A stretch of 63,929 nucleotides of DNA, filler included, from Octopus bimaculoides (taxonomy: Eukaryota), in the NCBI RefSeq assembly GCF_001194135.2. It is 7 parts of 7 records of this genome, joined end to end, with 100 filler letters (N's around TTAATTAATTAA, not from the genome) between each part and the next. Parts side by side here need not be neighbours in the genome. Positions count along the whole stretch, not along the records: positions 48,431 to 52,625 come from NW_026394884.1; positions 52,726 to 63,929 come from NC_069009.1; 5 more parts are not named here. The stretch is one strand, 5' to 3'. The position numbers were made by a program, and so were the translations under genes. How positions within the stretch are numbered: position 1 is the first letter of the stretch; every line of letters starts with the position of its first letter. Below are positions 50,240 through 63,172 of the stretch, in pieces. Below the pieces are notes generated by a model. It had not been told where the DNA came from. It searched no databases and saw only the letters and a list, made by a program, of their open reading frames with translations.

Positions 50240-52058
50240 CCCCTCTATTTTGTCAAAGGCTTCGAGTAATAAGTCTCCCAATCCCTTATCTGGTGGTCAA
50301 TGAGGAAACTAGGAATAGAAGAATGGTTAGTGAGAGCTGTGCGAGCCATGTACAGGGACGCTGTCAGTAAGGTGACGGTTGGCAGCGAGTACAGTAAAGA
50401 ATTCCAGGTAGAAGTAGGGGTCCACCAAGGTTCAGTCCTCAGCCCCCTCCTATTTATCATAGTCCTCCAGGCAATAACACAGGAATTCAAGACAGGTTGC
50501 CCCTGGGAGCTCCTCTATGCTGATGACCTTGCTCTAATTGCTGAGTCACTATCAAAACTAGAGGAGTAGTTTCGGGTGTGGAAGCAAGGATTAGAATTGA
50601 AGGACCTTAGAGTCAACCTAGCTAAAACCTAATAAGTAGAAAGGTAAACAAACCACAAACCCCTTCAGGTAGATGGCCCTGCTCAATCTATAGAAAAGGC
50701 GTAGGTAGAAACTCTATAAGATGTACCCAGTGTAAGCTATGGACACATGAGAGGTGCAGCAATATCAAAGGAAGGCTAACTAGCATGATAGTTTTTGTAT
50801 GTGGCAGATGCTCAGGAGCAATAAACACTGAAAATGTGCAGAAAACAACTTCCGCCACATTCCAAGGAGAAAAACTACAAGTAGTTGATAGCTTCCGTTA
50901 CCTAGGTGACCAAGTCAGTAGTGGGGGAGAGTGTGCTGAAAGTGTAGCTGCTAGAAGAAGAATAGCCTGGGCAAAGTTCAGAGAGCTCTTACCTCTGCTA
51001 GTGACAATGGGCCTCCCGCTCAGAGTAAAAGGCAGACTGTATGACGCATGTGTACGAACAGCCATGCTACATGGCAGTGAAACATGGGCCATGACTGCTG
51101 AGGACATGCGCAAGCTCACAAGGAATGAAGCTAGTATGCTTCGATGGATGTGTAATGTCAGTGTGCATACTCGACAGAGTGTAAGTACCTTGAGAGAAAA
51201 GTTGGACCTAAAAAGCATCAGTTGTGGTGTGCAAGAGAGACGGCTGTGCTGGTATTGTCACTTGGCGAGAATGGATGAGGATAGCTGTGTGAAAAAGTGC
51301 CACAGCCTAGCAGTTGATGGTACCTGTGGAAGAGGTAGACCCAGGAAGACCTGGGATGAGGTGGTGAAGCACAACCTTCAAACATTAGGCCTCACCGAGG
51401 CAATGACTAGTGACTGAGACCTGTGGAAATATATTGTGCGTGAGAAAACGCGGCAAGACAAGTGAGACCATAACCCGTGGCCTTTACCAGGGGTGGAGCC
51501 AGCCCACCTATGCATACCTTTCCTTCTTTAGACACAAAACCCTTCTTGCGAAGACCTATTGAGGTAATTATAATCGAATCAAAATTGAAATTGCACCAAA
51601 TTTGATGACTGGCACTGATGCCAACCTTCCCTCATTGGACACTAAACTCAGCTTGCGAAGACCTGTTGGGGCAAGTGAGATCGAAACTGAACCAAATTCA
51701 ATGACTGGCACCCGTGCCAGTGGAGTGCTAACAGCACCATCTGAGCGGGATCACTGCGAGTGCAGCGCTCTTGCTCCCACGCCGGTGGCACGTAAAAAGC
51801 ACCATTTGAGCACGATCGTTTCCAGCTTCGCGCCGGTGGCACGTGAACAAAACATTAGCTGACTCTTATGCAGGTGGTATGTAAAAAGCACCCACTACAC
51901 TCTTGGAGTGGTTGGTGTTAGAAAGGGCATCCAGCTGTAGAAACTCTGCCAGATCAGATTGGAGTCTGGTGTAGCCATCCGCTTCGCCAGTCCTCAGTCA
52001 AATCGTCCAACCCATGCTAGCATGGAAAGCAGACATTAAATGATGATGATGATGATGA
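50240..52058 (+). mobile_element. RTE LINE 3' half (right arm): RT domain with stops and frameshifts, 3' UTR subrepeats, family C tail
   Basis: MRKLGIEEWLVRAV...GVHQGSVLSPLLFIIVLQAI...WELLYADDLALIA, then FRYLG, CGRGRPRKTWDEVVK. Ends gacattaaatgatgatg. Confidence 0.92.
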
Positions 52059-52796
52059 TATATATATAGACATTTTTAAAAAAAAATTTTCTATTTATTA
52101 TTCTCTATTTTTTCTTCTCTCTTCTTTCTTTTCTTCATTCTTTTACAATCCCTAGAAACCCTCTGAAAACAATAGAGTAAGTAGTAAACAAGTTTTTACC
52201 CTTACTTATTTATTTATTTATTTTATTTATTTTTTTTTTACACTCCTTAAAAAGACCATTTCAATACAATAGCCCTTCTCTCTCTCTTTTACCACATCCA
52301 TCTCTTTATCTGTCTGACTATCAGTCTATCTATCTATCTATCTCTCTATCTGCCTGTCTATCTATCTATCTGCTTATACATCTTCCATTGTCTCCAAAGC
52401 CTCACCCCCAAAAAACAAAAAAACAAAACAATGTTCTGTTATAAACAAAACCCCCAAAAAACACCTGTTTTATATAAATAAGTAAGATCTCTGTATTTTC
52501 ACAGAACTATATTTGACAAGTTCGAAAGACAAACGAAAGTGCTAATATATGTATGAAATAAATGATAGAAGTTATTCCAAAATTCTGACAACTTTTTTTC
52601 AATTTTTAAATCTGTACATCACACCNNNNNNNNNNNNNNNNNNNNNNNNNNNNNNNNNNNNNNNNNNNNTTAATTAATTAANNNNNNNNNNNNNNNNNNN
52701 NNNNNNNNNNNNNNNNNNNNNNNNNCTAATACATCTGTTTGTTGTTTACACACCTGTCTTCATCTTTTGTTTTGTTTGTTTTGTTTTGTAAATTCC

Positions 52797-52844
<48 letters not shown>

Positions 52845-53559
52845 GCACACACATGTCTATGTGTGTATTTCTGTGCATGTGTATACTTTTATGTATGGGT
52901 ATATATATATGTGTGTATGTCTGTTTCTTTCCTTCACTAGGACACTTTGTGTTATTCCTGATTAATATCCAAATATAAATTCTTAATGGAAATGCGATTT
53001 TGTATTATAAAACAATTTTTTCTTTGTGTGACAATTTCTCTAATAGCAAATTCCTTACATGTCAATATAACATGTAAATCTTTGTAATTCCTATTAGCAA
53101 ATGGAACATGTGTAATGGAGAATAAATAATGTCCAAAAATTTCCATTTTCTTCTTTTGTTACACACACACATATATATATATTTTATGCAAAATTTAAGT
53201 TACTTAAAAAATGTTTGTGGCATATTTCAGCTGCTAAAAGGCAAATTCACTGCAGTTTCTGAAGAGAAAATATTTCTCTTATGGTAAAAAGGTATGAAAA
53301 CACCCTATTCGTTTAGTGTCGCCATCTATCAGGATTCCCAGACATCAATGTTTCCAGTTTGTTGGCTTTTATCAATGGGAAGTGCCTAAGAGAGGCAACT
53401 CTGAACAAATCTTATAAAGCAATAGCTTTATATATTTTTATATTATCAAGTATTATATTACTAGTTATGTTATACAACTTGTCAGAATGTTACCATCAGT
53501 TTCACATTGATATTGCCATGTGGCATTATTGACAACTCTTTGGAAATACTGACCAGAAG

Positions 53560-54140
53560 TACATTACTGAGATACATAGGCACTAAGTTGGTTTAGTGAC
53601 AGCAGAAAATGGAATGAAATAGAGAGAGAAAAATTATATTTCAGGGGCAAGAAAGACTTATTCCTTAATGACCAAGAGAGCTGCAAGTTTAGAGCTTTCT
53701 TTGCTGAACAGGTCAAAGGATGGCAGCCAGACTGATATGGGCCAAGTTTTCACAGTGATAAAAGAGGTTTGTGTAGGTCCAATACCCTTACATAGTAAAA
53801 GAAAACCAAAGTTAGAAAAGCATTGGTAACAATTCCAACAAGACCTGGGAGAGGAAAAAATAGTCCAGATTCAAGAACAGTGGAGAAAAGCTGATGATGG
53901 TTTATGCTGAACAGAGAATGAAGGGCTTTCTGTGTTACTAGGTCTTATAAAGCAGTAGACTAAATGGATCACCTTGTTTAACACCACAACTTCATCTTTG
54001 TGTGCTTCTAATGGAATCCACATTAGGGCTAGGTCTTTGGTTTAAGGATACCAGGGGCCAGATTAAGATGGACCATCTTTTTCCAGAGGTAAAAATGGGT
54101 TTGCATGAGCCAGCACCCTTACCTAGAAATGAAGCAAAGT
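53560..54140 (+). mobile_element. Old retroelement terminal fragment, with a second diverged copy at 54843-55085
   Basis: The block aagacctgggagaggaaaa..gtccaga.t.aagaacagtg...ggtctt.taaagcagtagact...ggtctttggtttaaggataccag is shared between 53825-54058 and 54843-55085. Confidence 0.5.
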
Positions 54141-54144
54141 TAGG

Positions 54145-54558
54145 GGAGTATAGGCACAGGCAAGTCTGTGTGGTAAGAAGCTTGTTTCCCAGCCACATGT
54201 TTCTGGGTTCAGTTCCACTGTGTGATACCTTGGGCAAGTGTCTTCTACTATAGCCTCAGGCCAACCAAAGCCTTGTGAGTGAATTTGGTAGACAGAAACT
54301 GAAAGAAGGTGGCGAGCTGGCAGAAACATTAGCACACCGGGCAAAATGCTTAGCAGTATTTCGTCTGCCGTTACGTTCTGAGTTCAAATTCCACCGAGGT
54401 CGACTTTGCCTTTTATCCTTTCGGGGTCGATAAATAAAGTACCAGTTATGCACTGGGGTCGATGTAATCGACTTAATCCCTTTGTCTGTCCTTGTTTGTC
54501 CCCTCTGTGTTTAGCCCCCTGGGGGCAATAAAGAAATAAGAAACTGAAAGAAGCCTGT

Positions 54559-54590
<32 letters not shown>

Positions 54591-54835
54591 CACACACACA
54601 TACATATACACAAATAAATGTATATTTATGTGCGTGTGCTTGTCCCCCTACCATTGCTTGACAACTGATGCTGGTGTTTATGTGCCTATAACTTAGCAGT
54701 TTGGCCAAAGAGACTGATAGAATAAGTACTAAGCTTACAAAGAATAAGTCCTGGGATTGATTTGTTCGACTAAAACCCTTCAAGGCAGTGCTCCAGCATG
54801 GTCGCAGTCAAATGACTGAAACAAGTAAATGAATA
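54145..54835 (+). mobile_element. SINE family B interrupted by a full SINE family A insertion (54309-54538) with a 15-bp TSD
   Basis: agaaactgaaagaag at 54294-54308 and 54539-54553. Confidence 0.85.
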
Positions 54836-55099
54836 AAGCACCAATGATAATTCCAAGATGACCCAGGAGAGGAAAAGAAAGTCCAGAGTGAAGAACAGTG
54901 AGGAGAGTTGATGATAGCCTATGCTCCACTGGGAGTGAAGGACTTTACTGTGTAAGTAGGTCTTGTAAAGCAGTAGACTTAATGCTTCTCCTTGTTTAAC
55001 ACGACAGCATCATCCTTGGGTGCATCCAGTGGAATTCACTCTGTTGTAAGCATTAGGGTTAGGTCTTTGGTTTAAGGATACCAGATGCTAGACTGATAT

Positions 55100-55287
55100 C
55101 GACTGTGGGGGAGGGGACGAGTTGATTACATCAAACCCAGTGTTTCACTGGTGCTTAATTTATTGACCCCAAAGGGTTGAAAAGCAAAGTCAATCTTGGC
55201 AGCATTTGAACTCAGAATGTAGTAGCAGACGAAATACCACCAAGTATTTCGCTCAATATGCTAACGATTCTACCAGCTCACCACCTT
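55100..55287 (-). mobile_element. SINE family A
   Basis: gggggaggggacgagttgattacatc...catttgaactcagaatgta...taccagctcaccacc. Confidence 0.8.
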
Positions 55288-55338
55288 AATAATAATAATA
55301 ACAATAATAACAAAAATAACAATTCCTCTCACCTCACA

Positions 55339-55427
<89 letters not shown>

Positions 55428-56727
55428 CAGACAGGAGCACAGGAACACGAGTTCTTAGAACTACGAAGAAATTTTATCCCAATTTATCTGGCTGCTATCT
55501 GTGAATGTGATTCCACATTCTTCACATGGTAGAATGGTAAATAGTAGATGAAGACAGTAGTACTATCTTTTAGTATTATTATTATCATTATTTCTTTTTC
55601 AATTTTGTTTTTTTTTTGTTTTGTTTTTTGCTATCTAATTCCGATCTGGTGCTATGTAGACTCATAGCTTCGCTTGCAGCGGCTTTGGTGATGGCACCCA
55701 GCAGCTCTTCTCCTCTCTTTTCTCACTATGGTAGGTAACTTGATCCCTGCTACCTCCATATCCATATCTACCAATATATGATATGCGAGTCATCTGTTTG
55801 TGTGTGTGTGCATGTGTGCGTGTGTGTGTGTATGTGTGTGTCTGTATATCTATAGATATACATACATACACACACACCCTATATACATATACACATACAT
55901 ATATACATATATATAAAACAAATCAAATAGAAAACAGAACCCACAAGATTCTTTATTAATCACAATGATCATTTTGACCCATCTCACATCGATCCCTTGT
56001 GGGTGAGATACAATACAATTGGTTATGATGCATCCTTATGTACAGATGTATCTCATTAGGTGACTTTCCAAAAGCTGTCTTATTCAATAAACTCAGTTTT
56101 ACTTGGTTCAATTGTACAGCATGTCATTAATTGCCCGTAAGTGGTTGCCTCTTTCTCACTCTCTTTAAATAAATAAATATATATATATATATANNNNNNN
56201 NNNNNNNNNNNNNNNNNNNNNNNNNNNNNNNNNNNNNNNNNNNNNNNNNNNNNNNNNNNNNNNNNNNNNNNNNNNNNNNNNNNNNNNNNNNNNNNNNNNN
56301 NNNNNNNNNNNNNNNNNNNNNNNNNNNNNNNNNNNNNNNNNNNNNNNNNNNNNNNNNNNNNNNNNNNNNNNNNNNNNNNNNNNNNNNNNNNNNNNNNNNN
56401 NNNNNNNNNNNNNNNNNNNNNNNNNNNNNNNNNNNNNNNNNNNNNNNNNNNNNNNNNNNNNNNNNNNNNNNNNNNNNNNNNNNNNNNNNNNNNNNNNNNN
56501 NNNNNNNNNNNNNNNNNNNNNNNNNNNNNNNNNNNNNNNNNNNNNNNNNNNNNNNNNNNNNNNNNNNNNNNNNNNNNNNNNNNNNNNNNNNNNNNNNNNN
56601 NNNNNNNNNNNNNNNNNNNNNNNNNNNNNNNNNNNNNNNNNNNNNNNNNNNNNNNNNNNNNNNNNNNNNNNNNNNNNNNNNNNNNNNNNNNNNNNNNNNN
56701 NNNNNNNNNNNNNNNNNNNNNNNNNNN

Positions 56728-56775
<48 letters not shown>

Positions 56776-56804
56776 TTTGTATGTGTGTCTAAACATATAC
56801 AGGC

Positions 56805-56965
56805 AGAGATGTGGCTGTGTGGTAAGAAGTTTAGCTTTCCAACTACATGGTACTGGGTTCAGTCTCATTGTGTGGTACCTTAGGCAAGTGTCTTCTATTA
56901 TAACCTCAGGTCAACAAGTCTTCTGGGTGGATTTGGTTGATGCAAACTGAATAGAAGCCTGTCAC

Positions 56966-57005
<40 letters not shown>

Positions 57006-57375
57006 ATAATTACAATAATCCTTGGATGGAATTTATAAATATTTATCACATCACTACATGTATTTCCACAAATCACATGTCTCTTCAGATTACAGTCCGT
57101 ATTCCTGGGATGATTACTGTGTAGTCCATAGTATCCGTGGGCATCAGGTAGATCATCTTCATGGATTCATTTCTTCAGGTGTGTGTGTGTCTGTATGTTT
57201 GTCCCCTGCCACTGCTTGACAGCTGATGTTTGTTTGTTTATATCCCTATAACTTGGCAAATCAGCAAGAGACCAATAGAATAATTTCTAGTCTTAAAATA
57301 AAATACTGGAATTGATATATTAATCTGTTCGAGTTTGTGCCCCAGCATGACCACACTCTGTTGACTGAAACAAGT
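56805..57375 (+). mobile_element. SINE family B split by (TA)n and ~180 bp of other sequence
   Basis: Head gtggctgtgtggtaagaag at 56811. 3' half gtccctgccactgcttgacag...gactgaaacaag at 57200-57375. Confidence 0.7.
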
Positions 57376-58665
57376 CTCCTTTGTCTCAGCATGCTAATTA
57401 TAAACAGGTGTCACTGTCATCGAAGTAGCGTTTTTTGTTTCTAATTTTCTTTGAAATCATGTCTGGTTATGAGAATATTACCTTGTTTGGAAACAGGTGA
57501 GGGTTGGCAACAGGAAGGGCTTCCAGCCATAGAAAAATGTGCCTCTGCAAATTTTGTCCGATCCATGCAAAGATGGAAAAGTGGATGTTAAATGATGATG
57601 ATCAAAGACATTATGTTTAAGCAATGCATAGGTGTGTATACATGTGTGTGTGTGTGCATGAGTTTTATATAATTACTGTTTAGTACCAGGTAAATTCTGA
57701 TCTATCTAGCCTCTGATTAAAGATATTCCTGCCATGACCATTCCATCTTTTATTGTTGGGTATATATGGTTAGTCTGCATTACTCCATAAAGAGCATCAA
57801 TTCAGTTTCCTGGTTTCTCTGGCATCTATACTCCTCCCTGGATGGGACACTGGTCCATCACAGGATGACTCATTTTTACCAGCTGAGTGAACTGGAGCAA
57901 CATAAAGCTAAGCGTTTTGCTCAAAAACATAATGCATTATTTGGTACAGGAATTGAAACCACTATCTTATGTTCATGATTCCAACACCCTAACCACTAAG
58001 CCATATGCCTCCATGTATATTTGAGTTACATATAACTGGTTATCCCCAAGTAAACTCTGATCTAGCTAACCTTTGATTAAAGATGTTCCTGATATGACCA
58101 TCCCATCATTTATTGCTGGATATAGTAGTAAACATAAAATATTTATCAGTGCCTATATTGCGCGCACACACACACACACACACATGTAAACTCTCACTGT
58201 TTCACTCACTTTCACTCACACTCTCTTTCACTTAGCCTCACACTCATATTCTCGCCTTCATCAGCTTCACTCACACATTCATACAAATAATGAGATAATA
58301 CCACACACACACACACACACTGCTTATGTAACAATGACAACTACATATTACCACTGTATCTATTAAGCATCTGCTTGCTGTGTGCGTGTGTGTGTGTGTG
58401 CACGTGTGCGTGTTTGCTGACTCTCCTCAACTCCGTCCTCACCCTATATCATGTAACATGATAATAATAACAATAATAATAGTTCATTTGCCAGAAGAGT
58501 GACAAATGAGGCAGACATTACAAAGATGGATTGCATAACATGAGGGGGTGGGGGTCACTGTGCAGAAAAAAAAAACACTCCCACACAAAATTAATGACAA
58601 TTATACTACTACAACTGCTGCTGCTGCTACTACTACTACTACTAAGCTCACAAGCTTAATAATTA

Positions 58666-58697
<32 letters not shown>

Positions 58698-58699
<2 letters not shown>

Positions 58700-60175
58700 C
58701 CTTTCTACTAAAGGCACATGGCCTGAAATTTTGGGGGAGGGAACTGGTCGATTACATCGACCCCAGTGTTTCCCTGGTACTTAAATTTAATAATAATGAT
58801 GATGATGATAACGGTTTCAAATTTTGGCACAAGGCCAGCAATTTGGGGGAGGGAATAAGTTGATGATATTGATCCCAGTTCTCAGATGGTTTTTATCTTT
58901 TTGAGCTGAAAAGGATCAAAGGCAAAGCTGGCCACAGCAGAATTTGAACTCAGAAATCAAATCCGATGACTGGCATCTGTGCTAGTGGAGCGCTAAGAGC
59001 ACCATCCGAGCGTGATTGTTGCCAGAGCAGCTGGCTAGCTTCCATGCCGGTGGCACGTAAAAAGCACCATTCAAGCGTGATTGTTACCAGTGTCGCCTTA
59101 CTGGTACTTGTGCTGGTGGCTTGTGAAAAAATATTTGAGCGGGGTCATTGCCAGTGCCGCTGGACTGGCTCCTGTGTGGGTGACACATAAAAAACACCAT
59201 TTGAACATGGCCGTTGCCAGTACCGCCTGACTGGCCCTCGTGCCGGTGGCACATAAGAGCACCCACTACATTCCCAGAGTGGTTGGCATTAGGAAGGGCA
59301 TCCAGCTGTAGAAACTCTGCCAGATCAGATTGGAGCCTGGTGCAGCCATCTGGTTCGCCAGTCCTCAGTCAAATCGTCCAACCCATGCCAGCTTGGAAAG
59401 CAGACGTTAAACGATGATGATTATGAATGTAAAGACGGATAAAATACTCCTAAGCATTTTGCCTGGCATCCTAACAATTCTGGGCAGATTGCCGCCTTAA
59501 TAATAATAATAATAATAATGATAATCCTGTGTACTAAAGGTACAAAGCCAGAAATTTGTGGGGAGAGGACAAGTCAATTACATCATCCCCAGTGTTTCAC
59601 TGGTACTTAATTCATCAACCCCGAAAGGATGAAAAGCAAATTTGACCTCAGTGGAATTTGAACTCAGAGCATAAAGACAGCCGAAATGCCACTAAGCATT
59701 TTGTCTGGCGTGCTAACAATTATGCCATCTTGCTGCCTTAATAATAATAATAATAATAATAATAATGATGATGATAATGATAATAATGGTTTCATATTTT
59801 GGCACAAGGCTAGGAAGTGTAGGAGAGGAGAGATAAGTCAATTACATCAACCCCAGTGCTTAACTGGTATTTATTTTATCAACCCTGAAATGATGGAAAG
59901 CAAAGTTGATCTCAGTGGAATTTGAACTCTGAATGTAAGGATGGATAAAATGCCACTAAGCATTTTGCCTAACATGCTAATAATTCTGCCATCTTGTCAC
60001 CTTCAATTATGTAAATAATAATATTCCTTTCTATTATAGGCACAAGGCCTGAAATCTTGGGGGAGTGGGGTTAGTCAATTACGTTGACCCCAGTGCTTGA
60101 CTGGTACTCATTTTATCGACCCTGAAAGAATGACAAGCAAAGTTGACCTCAGCAGAATTTGAACTCAGAATAGAA
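58698..60175 (-). mobile_element. Cluster of five co-oriented SINE family A copies separated by (AAT)n, one interrupted by a family C element (58965-59422, +)
   Basis: Copies at ~58698, 58813 (head resumes at 59423), 59525, 59788 and 60026. Confidence 0.8.
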
Positions 60176-60635
60176 GATGGGATGGTCACGGCTGGAATGT
60201 CTTTGATCATAGGTCTTCTGGATCCGGACTGACCTGGGGTTTAACAACAACAACAGCAACTATAGCCACTGATATTACTATACATTAGGCAATGTAGTGC
60301 TAGATATACTATGTTTGAATAAGAGATGGGATGGTCACAGTTGGAAAATATTTAATCATAGGTTTGCTGGATCACGATTGACCTGGGGTTAAATGACAAC
60401 AACTACAACAGTAATACTAACTATTATGCTGTACATTGGATAATGTAGTCCTAAATGCAGTATGTCGGAATTAGGATGAGATGGTCACAGCTGGAACATC
60501 TTTTTAATCATTGCTATACCACTACATTACTACTGTTATACCACCATCGCAACCATTATACTGCCACCACTACTCCTTGCAAAACAGCCATGTTATCAGA
60601 TAGTAATTCAATCCTTGGCAAAGTTCCACATGGTA

Positions 60636-60679
<44 letters not shown>

Positions 60680-60885
60680 CAATAACTTGGTATTTAGGTT
60701 AGAGGGGGAATCTGTAATTTCACATTCTATCTACCTATCTATTTTGTGTATATAAATATATATATATCTGTTTCTATATACCTGTGTGTACACAAATACA
60801 TTAGTGTTTGCCTAATATATGTGTGTGAGTGTGTGTCTATATATATGTGTGTGAGTGTGTATCTTTATACCATACATACACATAT

Positions 60886-61530
60886 CATCATCATCATCGT
60901 TTAACGTCCGTTTTCGATGCTGGCATGAGTTGTACGGTTTGACTGAGGTCTGGAGAGCCAGTGGCTGCACCAGGCTCCAATCTGATCTTGCAGTGTTTGT
61001 ACAGCTGGATGCCCTTCCTAATGCCAATGTAGTGGATGCTTTTTACGTGCCAACAGCACAGGAGACAGTCAGGAGGTGCTGACCACAGCTGTGATTTTGC
61101 TTTTAATTGACTCAACAGGTCTTCTCAAGCATATCATGTCGCCTGATGCATCAAGGGTACTCTTAAATGGGCCGGATATGCAACATGGGCATTGGCCATG
61201 GCTGCAATCTTATGTTAGTTTCCGGGTCTTCTCAATCACAGCACATTTCCAAAGATCTCAGTCTCTTGTCATTTCCTCTGTGAGACCCAATGTTCAAAGG
61301 TCATGCTTCATATTTCATCCCATGTTTTCCTGGGTCTACCTCTTCCACAGGTTCCTTCTACAGTTAGGAAGTGGCACTTCCTCACACAGCTGTCCTCATC
61401 CATACATAACACATGACCATACCAGCGCAGTCGTCTCTCTTGCACACCACATTTGATGCTTCTTATGTCCAACTTTTCTCTCAGGGCACTTACACTGTGT
61501 CATGTATGCACACTGACATTGCACATCCTG
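60886..61530 (-). mobile_element. 5'-truncated RTE 3' end with family C tail
   Basis: ccacaggttccttc...ccataccagcgcagtcgtctctcttgcacacc matches 48950-49130. Tail catcatcatcgtttaacgtcc at 60886-60910. Confidence 0.75.
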
Positions 61531-61559
61531 ACACTGTGTGTGTGTGTGTGTTATATATA

Positions 61560-62420
61560 TCATCCTCATCATCATCATGTAATATCTTTTGTCCGTGCTG
61601 GCATGGGGTGGACAGTTTGACCAGTGCTGGCAAACTAGAAGGCTGCACCAGATTCCAGTCTGATTTGGCATGGTTTCTATGGCTGGATACCCTTCCTAAT
61701 GCCAACCACTTCGAGAGTGTAATGGGTGCTTTTACATGCCACCAGCATGGGTGCCATTTGCATGACACCAGTATTTGCTACGACTGCAAGTTTACTTGGC
61801 TTGATGGGTCTTCTCAATGCCAAAGGTCTCCATGAGACCCAACACTAGAAAGGAGCTTTTCACTTGCCACTGGCATCAGCCACTTTGCCTCCATGAAGCC
61901 CAATGCTCGAAAGGTGCTTTTTACATGCCACCAGCATGAATGCCAGTTATGTGATACCAGCATCAGCCATGACTACGATTTCACTTGGCTTGATGGGTCT
62001 TCTCAAGCACAGCATATTTCCAAAGGCCTTGGTGTCATTGCCTCTGTGAGGCCCAAAGTTCAAAGATTATGCTTCATCACCTCATCCCATAAATGCACTC
62101 CAGTGTCATGCAAAGGGCACCCGTGCTGGTGGCATGTGAAAGCATCCATTACACTCTAGGAGTAGTTGGTGTTAGGAAAGGGCATCCAGCTGTAGAAAAC
62201 CATACCAAACCAGACTGGAGTCTGGTGCAACCTTCCAACATGCCAGCCCAATCAAACCATCCAACCCATGCCAGTATGGACAACAGATGTTAAATGATGA
62301 TGGTGATGATATATCATCATCATCATCATCATCATCGTCATCATTTAATGTCCGTCTTCCATGCTAGCATGAGCGGGATGGTACCACAAGAGCTGACCAG
62401 GCTGAAGCCTGCACCAGACT
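61560..62420. mobile_element. Pile of family C / RTE-tail fragments in both orientations
   Basis: cccttcctaatgccaacc (minus) at 61690; aggaaagggcatccagctg (plus) at 62173; gcacagcatatttccaaagg at 62007. Confidence 0.65.
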
Positions 62421-63105
62421 TTTGTGCTATATTTGAAAAAAATTAATAGAAATGGCTTTTCTGACAATCTCTCTACTTTAATAATTAAATGTTTATAAGT
62501 TTACAAAAGGTGAGTTTGATAAAGAATTTNNNNNNNNNNNNNNNNNNNNNNNNNNNNNNNNNNNNNNNNNNNNNNNNNNNNNNNNNNNNNNNNNNNNNNN
62601 NNNNNNNNNNNNNNNNNNNNNNNNNNNNNNNNNNNNNNNNNNNNNNNNNNNNNNNNNNNNNNNNNNNNNNNNNNNNNNNNNNNNNNNNNNNNNNNNNNNN
62701 NNNNNNNNNNNNNNNNNNNNNNNNNNNNNNNNNNNNNNNNNNNNNNNNNNNNNNNNNNNNNNNNNNNNNNNNNNNNNNNNNNNNNNNNNNNNNNNNNNNN
62801 NNNNNNNNNNNNNNNNNNNNNNNNNNNNNNNNNNNNNNNNNNNNNNNNNNNNNNNNNNNNNNNNNNNNNNNNNNNNNNNNNNNNNNNNNNNNNNNNNNNN
62901 NNNNNNNNNNNNNNNNNNNNNNNNNNNNNNNNNNNNNNNNNNNNNNNNNNNNNNNNNNNNNNNNNNNNNNNNNNNNNNNNNNNNNNNNNNNNNNNNNNNN
63001 NNNNNNNNNNNNNNNNNNNNNNNNNNNNNNNNNNNNNNNNNNNNNNNNNNNNNNNNNNNNNNNNNNNNNNNNNNNNNNNNNNNNNNNNNNNNNNNNNNNN
63101 NNNNN

Positions 63106-63172
<67 letters not shown>

